This document shows, piece after piece, positions 14,051 to 27,133 of a DNA stretch of 64,000 bases. The notes under the pieces are model-generated. The model ran no database searches and was not told the origin of the DNA. It saw only the letters and a program-made list of their open reading frames with translations. The position numbers and the translations under genes are program-made. Each line of letters starts with the position of its first letter. Position 1 is the stretch's first letter. This DNA comes from Octopus vulgaris (lineage: Eukaryota): NCBI GenBank assembly GCA_951406725.2, contig OX597814.1:19282001-19346000 (forward strand). Direction: 5' to 3'.

Positions 14051-14835
14051 GAACCACCTATATCCTTTTTTTCCTTTCTAGTCAGCACCGTGCTTTCTTT
14101 ACTATTGCCCTCTCTACTGGCAGAAGCAATTTCTCCATCTAGGTTTATGTTTATCTCTTTTTGTCATTGGGCATTGAGATGGTTGTGAGGTGTGCTAAAA
14201 ATAACAGATTTTTTTTAAATACATGTTTTAAATTAAAGTTTATTTGCCAACAACTCGCTCAGAGATTTAAAACTAACTGGTTTTCTCTTTTAAATTAACA
14301 TAAAAATATTTATTTACATGAAAGAAAATTACGGGAGAAATTTCAACTAAATCTTTGTTAAAAATTGTAATGTTTTATGGCATGTAACGTGTTATGTATC
14401 GCATTTGCATTAAACATTGGTGGTTATAAAGTGTGCTGAAACTTACAGCTAAATTAGATTTATTGACATGAAATAAAATTACTGGAAACATAACACGTTG
14501 TTTACAAATATTTTTTTTCTACTCAAAGCACAAGGCCCGAGACTTTTGGGGAAGGGACCAGTCGATTAGATCGACCCCAGTACGCAACTGGTACTTAAAT
14601 TTATCGACCCCGAAAGGATGAAAGGCAAAGTCGACCTCGACGAAGTGCTATTTTCAAAATATTGACCACAGTGTATTTATGAAACCTTCAAGCAGCTTCC
14701 GTACTTTCATATTCGTCTGAAACATTATCGTTGCTATAGTAATTCAGATCTCCGGCTAACAAGCGTATGTGTTCCGTATCGATGATATTGGCATCTGAAT
14801 GAGAGCACAATACAAGATTCGCATGGTAATCGGAG

Positions 14836-14897
14836 GCCGCCATTTTGAATGCCAACATTTATTAACTTGACATGGTGAAAGTGAGCTCTGATTGGCT
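14836..14897. promoter_or_regulatory. Candidate promoter motifs (YY1-like and CCAAT box)
   Basis: GCCGCCATTTTG at 14836-14847 and CTGATTGGCT at 14888-14897, in non-repetitive, locally CpG-containing sequence. Confidence 0.3.
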
Positions 14898-15450
14898 GTA
14901 TGGAAATGAATACTTTACTGGGGTCCGGAATTCTTGTGGGCAAAAAACATTTCGCGAACGGGTCTGCTTTGAGCGTGCACCTGCAGTTGGAAAAAAGGAA
15001 AGGAAAAAGGCATCTGTCCCAAAATTCAGGGTACCCATGGATTTTTAGGGGTTTTTTTCCATGAGTAGCCCTCGAACGTCTCCTCCTTATTGAGGAGTAC
15101 ACATTGTTGATTTCTTTCTTTTCTTTTTTTATTTGTCTCGTTCACAAGCAAAACTCTCACAACAGCACACACTCACAAACCTACATACACATTTTTTTTT
15201 CGTTTTGTCCTGTACAGGCCATAATGTTTTTCTTAATATTAACCCTTACTCTTTTACTTGTTTCAGTCATGTGACTGTGGCCATGCCGGAGCACCACCTT
15301 TAGTCGAGCAAATCGACCCCAGGACTTATTCTATCGGTCTCTTTTGCCAAACCGCTAAGTTACGGGGACGTAAACAAACCAGAATCGGTTGTCAAGCGAT
15401 GTTGGGGTGACAAACACAGACACACAAACACACACACACGCACATACACT

Positions 15451-15512
<62 letters not shown>

Positions 15513-16024
15513 TACGACGGGCTTCTTTAAGTTTCCGTCTACCACATCCACTCACAAGGCTTTGGTTGGCCCGTGGCTATAGTAGAAGATACTTGCTCAA
15601 GATGCCACGCAGTGGGACTGAACCCGGAACCATGTGGCTCGTAAGCAAGCTACTTACCACACAGCCACTCCTACGCCTTATGCTTTAAAAAAAATCATTA
15701 TCATTATCATGTTATTATTACTATTATTATTATTCAGTGAATTAAATAGTTTATCGAACTCCGTGAGAGAAAGCACCGATGCTACCTACCGCACCAGCTT
15801 CAAAGTCTATCATTGTGCAAGAAATTCAACTCCATGTGCTGAAAGCTTTAATAGTTATTTAAATGTAACGTTACAAGGTTCTTTGACTGGGTCATGCTGA
15901 CAGCAGCTACAATAATAATATGAACCCAGTATGTTGTTGGATACGAGACATATCAAGTAACGTTTGTTGTACTGACCGAACAAAAAAACCTTGTAGACGT
16001 AATGTTTAAGAGACATGCAGACAC

Positions 16025-16089
<65 letters not shown>

Positions 16090-16590
16090 AACACTAAATT
16101 ACGAGAAAACAGGATACCATGTGAGTGCTAAGTTAGGGCTAGGAGAACAACGTGATTATGTTACTGACTAAATAATACTGCCATATATGTGAACAGAAGA
16201 GAAAACTAATATATATATATATACACACATAGGCACACATAATCACGCACACACACCCACACATACACATACATAGATACATACATTTATACACAAACAC
16301 ACGCACTCAAACACTCACACATATACATACATATATATGCCCCCTTATTCTAATTTAACTAACTTAATAAACTTCATCATTTTTGGTTGATGGTAATTAA
16401 AAACCTGTCAGACTACTCAAGCTGCGTTCTGGCCTAAAATTCGCAGTACAAGTCCATTGTCATTGAGATTAAATCCAAGCTGGTAAAGCATTTCTCTGGT
16501 ACTATTTCAAGATTGAAATAAAGCTACAGACATTTTGTTCCACGCAAAGTATAACTACATTTTACTATTATATATATATGTATATATATA

Positions 16591-17004
16591 TGTAAATATA
16601 ATATGTGACAATTATTCGGTAGCCATGATAAAACTCCGTGTTTCTGATGTCGGGGCGGAAACCCACGCCGCCATCTCTTCAGTTATCCGGCCATCGAAAA
16701 AATGCCATGAAAATGACCGTTAAACAACGGGGAATTATTGTGTGATTGACCGTTATTAAGAAAAAAGACCTATTAGAATGACCGCTAAGTGAGGGGAGAG
16801 AGTAAAGGTAAGGGAGTAAAAATGTTCATAGTATTCGCGTAAGCGAACATGTCCATACCTACACATGTGCACCCACACACCCATGTACATGTGCCTATAA
16901 GAATATTCTCATCCGCCCTCACGGGCGGCGTGGGTTTCCGCCCCGACATCGGAATCTCGGAGTTTTATCATGGCTACCGAAGATTGTCACATATTATATT
17001 TACA
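16591..17004. mobile_element. MITE with ~80-bp terminal inverted repeats
   Basis: TIRs 16591-16672 / 16924-17004 (TGTAAATATAATATGTGACAA...CCCACGCCGCC). Confidence 0.85.
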
Positions 17005-17069
17005 GATAAATTCCTCTATTTACATAATATCTAGGTCTCTTTCATTCTTTTGTTTTCTTACCATTTCTA

Positions 17070-17107
<38 letters not shown>

Positions 17108-17109
17108 TG

Positions 17110-17157
<48 letters not shown>

Positions 17158-17959
17158 GTCACCTGAGCTGTATAAGATCACAGTTCACACACTTAACACC
17201 TCACAGGTGTATTCCATCTAGCAATAGCTATGTGACATAGACTGACTTAGATTAGTATCTTCCAATTATTTAAGCACAATAAACCCAAATTTTTTGTAAT
17301 TAGCAGCCAATTTGTTTCAACTCTTCAGACACGCATCATAGATCGTAGATATAATATCTCATTTTCTAGATTATGTTCAAATACTTCATAATCACCTGGG
17401 CCCACATTTATTCACTTCCAGTGGACTAAAGTTTCGACGATGTTTTGAATACATACTCTAGGAAATTTTCCGCTTTCTTCTCTTTTCTCTTGTTACTGAG
17501 AGTTTTAATGATAGAGTGAAGAAATAGAGTACAGACAACAAAGAGAAGAATGGGCGAAGTAAATTCCCTTAGATTCTCAACTGTGCTGTAATTTGAGGGT
17601 GTGTAGAGGAAGATGTATTAAACGATATTGAACGTCAAGTAATATTGAACTTTGAACACATCTTTCAGAACACTATTTGATCCGAGAGTAACAATGTAAT
17701 CACCGAAATCATATATATATATATATATTTCTTTACTACCCACAAGGGGCTAAACACAGAGGGGACAAACAAGGACAGACAAAGGGATTAAGTCGATTGC
17801 ATTGACCCCCAGTGCGTAACTGGCACTTAATTTATCGACCCCGAAAGGATGAAAGGCAAAGTCGACCTCGGCGGAATTTGAACTCGGAACGTAACGACAG
17901 ACGGAATACGGCTACGCATTTCGTCCGGCGTGCTAACGGTTCTGCCAGCTCGCCGCCTT

Positions 17960-18042
<83 letters not shown>

Positions 18043-18099
18043 AAAACTATCTTCCTGATTAACCATTCTTTGATATTGCTGCAACCCTTATGCGTGTAT

Positions 18100-18161
<62 letters not shown>

Positions 18162-18549
18162 TTTATTGTATTATTGTGTCTGGGGAGCTTCATTCTCTTT
18201 TAGTACCTTTAACACACGCACCGGTTCGATTTCCACTCATTTACCTATTTATTTTTTTATAAAATTTTCGTTGCACTTTGCAACCTTTTCAGTAGTCGTT
18301 GACCCTGTTCGTTACAGAACTGCTTTCTTTTTGTTTGTTTGTTTGTGCGCATATGTGTACGTCAGTGAGCATGTGTATACATATATGTATGTATATATGT
18401 TTGTATATATATATATGCGTGTATGTGTGTGTATGTGTTTGTTTGTAAGCGCGTGTGCGTGTGCATTTGCGTGTGAACCTCTTTGTCCTTCCGCATTACC
18501 TATATACCGATCTATCTATTTATCTATCTGTTTATTTACACATCCATTT

Positions 18550-18585
<36 letters not shown>

Positions 18586-19141
18586 AGAAAAATCATCTAA
18601 GGATATACATATGCAATGAATTATTGGTGTATTACCAATATGCGATTCTGAGTATTAGTATTAATACTCATGAATGATAGGCAATGAAAGGAATAAACCG
18701 AAGTTTATATATATCTAAGAAAGTTTATCTTTATTTTTTCCTTCTTTTCTCCCCATTTCTTTTGACCTCTCTCGTCATTTTAACATACACATCTCTTCTC
18801 TCCTCTCTATCCACTTAATACTAACGCTACATTCTCAAATTTATATTCACACAACAAGACGCCTTTGAATGAACAGCACATGGAATCTACGTCTTCACAC
18901 TTACCATTTGTGATAACAAAATGTGAACTCCAATTGGAATTTAGATACCACGAACAAGAAGCATTTCTACCACTACTACACACCACTTTCCTTGTATAAT
19001 GGAACTGCATCTATAACATCCTACATTTATTTTTATTTCTACATTAATCCTTATATTTCCCTCTATACTGCTTATTTGCTTCCTTTATATTTCCTTCTTT
19101 ATATTGAACTATAATGTTACCCTGTATTTAACCATTTTACA

Positions 19142-19193
19142 TAGTCTCTGATGAAGGGATATCCCTAATATCCCAGAAACAGCTGTAAGACTA
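19142..19193 (+). ncRNA. Type I minimal hammerhead ribozyme
   Basis: Stem I TAGTCT/AGACTA, CTGATGA, stem II GGGATAT/ATATCCC, GAAA, palindrome CAGCTG, GUA cleavage after 19187. Confidence 0.85.
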
Positions 19194-19293
19194 ACTTTCT
19201 CTATGTCAATGTCCTGAAAATTCCACACATCCTTGGCCTTGTTGTCTCATTTCATTTAAGATACATATCTGTATAAATGTGTGTAAATTTATA

Positions 19294-19348
<55 letters not shown>

Positions 19349-19352
<4 letters not shown>

Positions 19353-19864
19353 TAACAATTGAGGATAAAATCTTTAAAAGAAATTATCAGTAGTTAGCGT
19401 GAAAAACCTCGTAAGAGAAAAAATCCGTAAATTTTTCCACTTTGAAAATATTTATTTATATTATATTGAGGGTACTACTATTCGTAGATACCACACGCTA
19501 AAGAGGGACCAATGCGGTCAAAACTACTAAACTAAACAAAATTTTACCGAATGCAAAACTTCAAAGCAAATCATTTAAAAAAAGGATTTAGTTACATATC
19601 ACCTGTGATTTCGCAATTAATGCAGAATATGCATTCTATGTTCATCAGTGCAACAAACTCAAGATATATAAGAAAAAACATAACGTTACAAGCTCGATAG
19701 CCAACCGTAGAATTCGTCGTAGCATGTACGAATGTTTATCTTTACATATCTATGAAAATGATTTGCTTTGAAGTTTTGCATTCGGTAAAATTTTTTTTAT
19801 TTTAGTAGTTTTGACCGCATTGGTCCCTCTTAGCGTGTGGTATCTACGAATAGTAGTACCCTCA

Positions 19865-19874
<10 letters not shown>
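19349..19874 (-). mobile_element. Non-coding fold-back Penelope-like element in (TA)n
   Basis: ~120-bp inverted arms 19457-19576 / 19756-19874, hammerhead in the spacer, ~110-bp unpaired tail, (TA)n on both sides. Confidence 0.78.
19591..19654 (-). ncRNA. Type I hammerhead ribozyme
   Basis: Minus strand reads GTTGCA-CTGATGA-(imperfect stem II with AATGCA/TGCATT)-GAAA-TCACAGGTGA-TA-TGTAAC. Confidence 0.7.
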
Positions 19875-19909
<35 letters not shown>

Positions 19910-19958
19910 CATACATATACATATACATATACATACATACATATATATATATACATAC

Positions 19959-20040
<82 letters not shown>

Positions 20041-20220
20041 GGAGAATTCACTTACAAACAAAAGCCGAATACAGGTGGTGTAGACAACAAGTAGATGTAT
20101 TAGTTTAACGCTCGGGAAGTGAAAAAGTCTTAAACGTTTCGAGCCTACGCACTTCCACAGAAAGGAACACAGAAAGAAACAAGGAGAGAAAATAAAGAAA
20201 GAATGTGTAGTGGCTAGGGA

Positions 20221-20292
<72 letters not shown>

Positions 20293-21266
20293 ATGCTAAA
20301 GGTAGATGGATATATATGCTAATAGTTGGATAGTTACATATATACATACAAGTAAATTTGGGACGCTGCATGGATACGTATATGCGCACGCATAAAGCAA
20401 TACATAGAATTACATATACACTTTCATAATAGTCAAAAATCATTTGTACACATATTGAAATACATATACATATTTACATACAGACACACTGATACACATG
20501 TATGAAAACATGCAGTTAGGACTCTCTCTTTCTTTCTCTTTCTCTCCATAGAATCATATGTATATTCATGTATATACATATAAATCTGTATGTGTGTGTG
20601 TGTCTATGTGTGTGTTTCATACATGAATACATATATATACATATATGCATAAATACATATACTCATACATATAGGTATACATATATATTTCTTTACTACC
20701 CACAAGGGGCTAAACACAGAGAGGACAAACAAGGACAGACAAAGGGATTATGTCGACTACATCGACCCCAGTGCGTAACTGGTACTTAATTTATCGACCC
20801 CGAAAGGATGAAAGGCAAAGTCGACCTCGGCGGAATTTGAACTCGGAACGTAACGACAGACGAAATACGGCTACGAATTTCGCCCGGCTTGCTAACGTTT
20901 CTACCAGCTCGCCGCCTTGTAGGTATACATATAGGTATACATATAGATTTTGCTAAGATGGAAACGACTGTGTGAGAAAAGCAGAGAAGTAGTTACATAA
21001 CGAAAAAACTGGTTCAAAATAATGAAAGGATGGAGAGGAAAATATAGAGTGCGTTGCCATGTTTCTATAAGACGAACGTTCTGGCAGGAATCTGGTTCAA
21101 TTGTCATGTGTGCTTGAACGGATATCCGCATTAAGATACATCTACGTACGTTCTCTTGAGGCAAACACATGCTGAAAATCTAATCGCTAATGGCCATATA
21201 TAGCATGTGTATGTGTGTGTATTGTGATATGTGGATGCATGTATGCATGCATGTGCATGTGCGTTG

Positions 21267-21307
<41 letters not shown>

Positions 21308-21553
21308 CGAGCCACCGGGAGAGGCTAATTTGTTAATTTTTGCGTACATACGTTTGTGTACGACAATTCTTGTACTCCCACATAAATTTTGTATGTACGT
21401 TTTATATGACGTGTGTTTGTGTTTGAATGCGTGTGTAAATATATATGTATGTATGTATGTATATGTATATGTGTATGTATGTATATATATATGTGTGTGA
21501 GTGTGTGTATGTATGTATATATGCATACATACGCACATATATATATATATATT

Positions 21554-21585
<32 letters not shown>

Positions 21586-21899
21586 AATTAGAAAAAAAAA
21601 ACCTTTTAGCAATTCAAAATGAAAAATTAAATTACACCATCTAGAAAATTACATATAATAGAAATATTAAATATAATATAAAAATACTAAACCGATGATT
21701 AAGAATGATTATTATTGGGCTATTTGAGAGAAATGAATATATTCTTCTAGCAAATTCTTCTAATTCAGGTATATATATATGTCTGAAATTAAATGTATGA
21801 CAAAAGAAAAGGAAATTATGCAATGTACTTCATTAGCTTACAACTGTTTCTGCCATAAGATGCAGTACAGTTCAGAGTTGAATGCTTGTGGATAGATTC

Positions 21900-22900
21900 A
21901 TCGGAGCTTCGTGTGATTCCGTTCAGACTTACCGATGCCTATAGCCAGTCGTTATTAAGGGTTGTGCCTGTCATTCTATACATATCTGTGCATCAAAGGC
22001 ACTTTCAGAATTTAGAAGAACTTGCTAGAAGAATATATTCATTTCTCCCAAATAGCCTAAAGAAACTGCAGGAATATGAAGAATTTCAGGTATTTCCTGA
22101 GACAAATCCTCATAAATTATTACATGTAAGTAGTACAAGGTGGCTATCTTTTGAACAAGTTGTCAAAAGAATACCCAAACAGTAACCCACGCTAGTGTTC
22201 TTTATTATTACTGCTGCTATTGACGATAACAACAGTGCAGCTTCAATTGCGCCGAACTCAATAACAAATCCAATCACAGTCATGTATTATGCATTTTTAG
22301 CATACATTTTGCCAGATATTAATAAATAAGCTGAACTTAGATTTCCAATCAGAAAGCTATACAATGCACAAACTGCACAATTCTATCACATGTACTGTTA
22401 AGGGAATACTTGGCAATTTTGTAAAAAAAAAAAAAAAAGAAGAAATTGTGAAAAACTAAGATCGACATGAAGTTAACATCAAAGATCCTTCAGTGTATAT
22501 TCCTATAACTGAAATTTCCAGACAAGCAAAGGTTGAAAGCATCAACATAAAGAAAGTTCATATGTTCGCACAACTGAATTGAAACAATTTCATGTGAAAA
22601 CATAAAATTTCTATGTGTGAATTGGGAAGGAATTTTTCAGCGCTTCTTTGCACATGATTTCTTCTGTAATCTGGAGCTTCTAGAAGCACCAGACCCAGTT
22701 AGTATTCGTGATTGCAATGGTCCAATTTCAATTGTTCCTCTGGCATGCAAATTTCTAAATATTGTACAGAAGAGTCAGATTGAAGCTCTTAATAAAAATG
22801 GAGAGAACTTCTACTTCAAGATAAAAATGACATAATTGAAGCTACCAAACCAGAAGATTATTGGTGGAGACGAAACTCGTTATGAAGAAAAATTTCTTCG
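21900..22900 (+). pseudogene. Decayed hAT-superfamily transposase
   Basis: C.CHSIHICASKA...LEELARRIYSF..NS.KK..EYEEFQ.F....HKLL..SSTRWLS..QVVKRI..Q, followed by LNLDFQS. Confidence 0.75.
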
Positions 22901-23059
22901 TGCAATCTGATAAATTATGACAAATATACGGAATTAAGCTTCTGCAAAAGCTAACCACTGCTTTTTAAATTTCAGATAAATTATACAAAACGCTATTTTT
23001 TTTAGCTTGAATAATTAATAATATCCAATTCGTTTACTGGGGTGATGGTATTGGTCAAA

Positions 23060-23760
23060 GTGAAAGCGTTGAGAAGAGATCTTTTTTGAAAGCTTAACAA
23101 TCAATAATCTCAAACTAGACAAACCTATGATAGTGTTCATCGTTATCATTACTCTATCATTCGTAAGTGACCCATAGACAATATTATATGTTTTATTCAT
23201 ACAATCGAGTTTAGAATATGCTTAGTATTCAGTCGTAGTCTTTTCTACCTTCGTATGACTACAGTCATGTTTTTCGATGAAAATTAGGTTTACTATACTT
23301 GGGTATAAAATGTGGAATCACGGGAGTCAGATATTATACTCTGTCCTCTACGTTAAGAGTGATAGGATTACGTTTAGCATCAAGAATAATAGAATTGCAT
23401 GTCTTCGTGTCAATTTTGCAAAAAAATATTGGTAATGCTTTCGGTTGCAAATATTCTGCGTGTGCTTTTATCAACAACATTATGATACTTTGTTCTACGA
23501 ACATAATTTTTGGAATCACGTGAAGGAAGTTCTTGTTTAAGGCACTTTGAAGGCGATCGTTTTGTATCATACTCTCTTTTCCAAACTGAGGAGATATCTT
23601 GAACGGCTTTAATTCTTTAGTTCTTTAACAGCTTCAGGGTTTTCTACTTGATTGACATGCGAATTTATTATAGTGTCATTTCTTGGCGTATCTTTGCCAA
23701 GAAAATAAGCACGCCATTTCATTCTTCTTATGAATACCCGTTTTTGACTGAAGATTTCCA
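23060..23760 (-). pseudogene. Highly decayed Penelope-like element ORF (N-terminus plus start of RT)
   Basis: FIRRMKWRAYF..P.AVKELKN; KPNF; FV*FEIID (resembles the FxxFDIxxFYPSI RT motif). Numerous stops. Confidence 0.55.
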
Positions 23761-25859
23761 GTTGCTGGAATGAAAATGACTTGCACTGAATAAAACCATT
23801 GTATATTTCGTTATTGTATGTATGTGTGTGCATATACGCATCAATTTTGTGTGTATTTCTATAACATTTGTGCTTATATATGATGTACGCAAAAATAATG
23901 CTTGAAAACTTAACCAGCGGGTCCTAACTAATTCAGGTAAACAACAATAACATGTTCTTCGTGACCTCTGCTACGGACAAAACTACCCCCGAAGTAAAAA
24001 CGCTACAATTGTAAAAAGAAAAATGAAAAACATTCCAGAACACTGCATCCGTTTATTATGGGGGTGATGTTACGCCTATATATGCAGCTTTGGAAATACA
24101 TAACAAGACTGTTTATACCACAGGTCAATGATAAGAAACGGGATTATTCTACGATGAGAAATACCTCAAGTGATGTTAAACCTCTGTAAGTTATATATCC
24201 GAAGTAGATCTTACCACTGTTCACAAATCTAGTTTACTCGTATTCCAAGATATTCTTTTTCTTTCACCTGATTGAAAAATAACATTTTTTTAGATTAATT
24301 AACTTCCATCAAAAGGTAGAAATATCTCAGTGAAACTTGTAATCGAATTGTTAACTGTTTTCATATATCACATACAACCATCTTTGAAAAATATCAAAAC
24401 ATACTGCTAGATACAGTGTATTTCAAAAAGACAACAAAGATGTGTTAGTCACGGTTTAGATTACTTTTGACCAGAGATATGCTTAAAGATGACCTGGGGT
24501 CGAGGTCTAAGCAACAATATCTTCATCGAAACAAATTTCTACATAAACTTTCTCTCCTCTTTGGAACACCAATATTTGCGTTTCGCCATTATGCTTATAT
24601 AGTACACAAGAAGGAATAAATATGTTGAAAGGTAAGTATTGTAAACCTATTTTGACTTCAGGGTCTATACTCCAATTAAAAACTTACGTCTCTTTATGAA
24701 AGACTTTCAAATCTATACTCCAGTTAAAAGCTTACATGTATGTAAAAGAAAAAAGGGGAAGCAGCTGACCTCCCCTGTTCGAAGGATATATTGAACACAG
24801 GTTCGTGTGTCACATAGCTAGCTAGAGGCGATGACCTCTTGGAGCAAATCAACGGCAGCATTCGTCCTATATTTCTTGACTGCCATATTAGCTTGGCGAT
24901 AACTATTAATATCCAGTACTGCTGTCGTAGTCTCCTTTAGTGAAACTTAGGAATATTAATATTTCTATTTTAAAAAAAAACTTTCAAAACAACCTACAAA
25001 ACTCCAGCAAATTTTCTCATGGTATTAAATGGTCTTTTGTTTTAGTATACCTAGCACCAAATAAATCAACAGTAAAATGCTCAAACTAGTACAGCCTTAG
25101 TTCCCATCATATTGCCACTTCATGAGCTTGCAATGCTAAATTTGTAAACAAATATTTTCCTGAAGTTATACAGCAGAGGCGGTTATGCACCATTTTACAT
25201 TCCCCGCTGAGAGTGATGATGCATCATGGTTTTTAGCCAGTTGGCATATATATAGTTTGCACTAGTTTGCATATATATATATAGAGAGAGAGAGAGGGAG
25301 AGATGTTTATATATATATATATATATATATACGGTATCGTTTGGTCGATCTTGCTTGGATGATCTTCACTCGATCACAGAAATCATAACGACCACATATA
25401 GCGTTTGGAAGCTCAACAGAGAAACATCCCATGTACATAGAGAACTTGCTAATGAAGATTTTGCAGCGACTTTGCCTTTCATCCTTTCGGTGTCGATTAA
25501 ATAAGTACCAGTTATGCACTGGATTCGATGCAATCGACTCAATCCCTTGTCCTTCTTTGTCCCCTCAATGTTTTACCCCACCGTGTGGATTAAAAAAAAT
25601 AAATATTTTTTCACTTGAATTTGTGGATACTAGTGAACATTACACATATTTCACATTTTAGAATAGAAACTTTCTTCTAGACCAGCTTACTTTCATTATT
25701 GCTGTTATCATTCTTATTATTCTTTTTACTGTTGGTCTAGTTTTATCCGTTTCCTATTTATCTGATTTATTATGCAGTTTCTATACGAAACGTTACATAT
25801 ACGTACGCACACGTATGGCTCACTTTCTCTCTCCCTCTTCATATATATATATGTATATA

Positions 25860-25939
<80 letters not shown>

Positions 25940-26650
25940 TTTGTGTAGCAATAAAAATATTCGAAATGATAAATAAACAAAAAATAAACCCACTATGCTG
26001 TCAACATGAATGTTTAAGGGCTTCAAATGTTATTGTATCAATATGTTCGCCAGTCTATTGGCTGCTAGATTGTGATATGTTTGTAAGATAACCAAACTCT
26101 AATCTTTACTAGTTATACACGCTTTTTACAACATTATTCTCTCTTTCGCTTCATAAAATCTTCCTCTGTCTCTCTCTCTTCCTCAATCTCTTTGTTTTAT
26201 ATTATCTTATTCTATTTGTCTTTGGAATTCTTCCTTAACTTCCCATATTCTTTATCTCTATATATTTATCACTTATTCTAACTAATAAAACATGGACAAA
26301 TCTTCTCTTTTCCTACAGTCGCTTAGCTTCTCTACTTTCCCCCTCTCTCCCCCTTTCTTTCTCTCCCTTTCTCTAATGTCTAGTTTTAAGATTCTATGAT
26401 ACCCTGGCATAGACTTTCACGTGCAAAGACACTCTTCCGCACTTAGATTAATGTGGGTATTAGTCCTCCTAGAAATAGGGGCAAAATTTCCCTCAAATAA
26501 CACTATATATTTATAGATATGCTCAGGTAACAACTGGCATTCATTTGGAAATGAATTTGGATTTAAGGCTAAACTACAAGATATCTACTTGATATTACAG
26601 ATATAACGCACACATACATATTTACACACACGCGTGGAAATATATTCAAT

Positions 26651-26708
<58 letters not shown>

Positions 26709-26717
<9 letters not shown>

Positions 26718-27117
26718 TTAGAGACAAAACCACTATTATGCAAATCAAACAAAGAAAGACTTAAGCCAATACATAAAATAATTTATATAAATTTAGAAAT
26801 TTAACAATTATAAATAACCACTAGGAGTTCATAGTTTAAAACTCGACAAGAAGGTTTTGAAACCACCTGAAGAATGTCTCAAAGATGTGCTGAAATAAGA
26901 CATGAAACGATCGTAGTGGTTATTTATAATTGTTAAATTTCTAAATTTATATAAATTATTTTATGTATTGGCTTAAGTCTTTCTTTGTTTGATTTGCATA
27001 ATAGTGGTTTTGTCTCTAATTTAATATAATATAATATTTTACTATAAAATTGGATTCAATCCTAAATCTGATTTTTCCCTGTAAATTTGGATTTATTCCC
27101 TAATATTTATTATTAAT
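26709..27117 (+). mobile_element. Non-coding fold-back Penelope-like/retrozyme-like element in (TA)n
   Basis: Perfect 115-bp inverted arms 26709-26823 / 26914-27028, hammerhead at the inner edge of the right arm, unpaired ~90-bp tail, (TA)n on both sides. Confidence 0.8.
26861..26921 (+). ncRNA. Type I minimal hammerhead ribozyme (Penelope-like)
   Basis: Stem I AACCAC/GTGGTT, core CTGAAGA, stem II ATGTCT/AGACAT, GAAA, palindromic stem III CGATCG, GUA cleavage after 26915. Confidence 0.88.
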
Positions 27118-27133
27118 ATATATATATATATAT

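Noticed and set aside
17315-17328. CTGAAGA-GTT-GAAA on the minus strand (a similar CTGATGA-GTT-GAAA lies at 63461-63474)
   Set aside because: No stem II and no stem I pairing, so not called as hammerheads.
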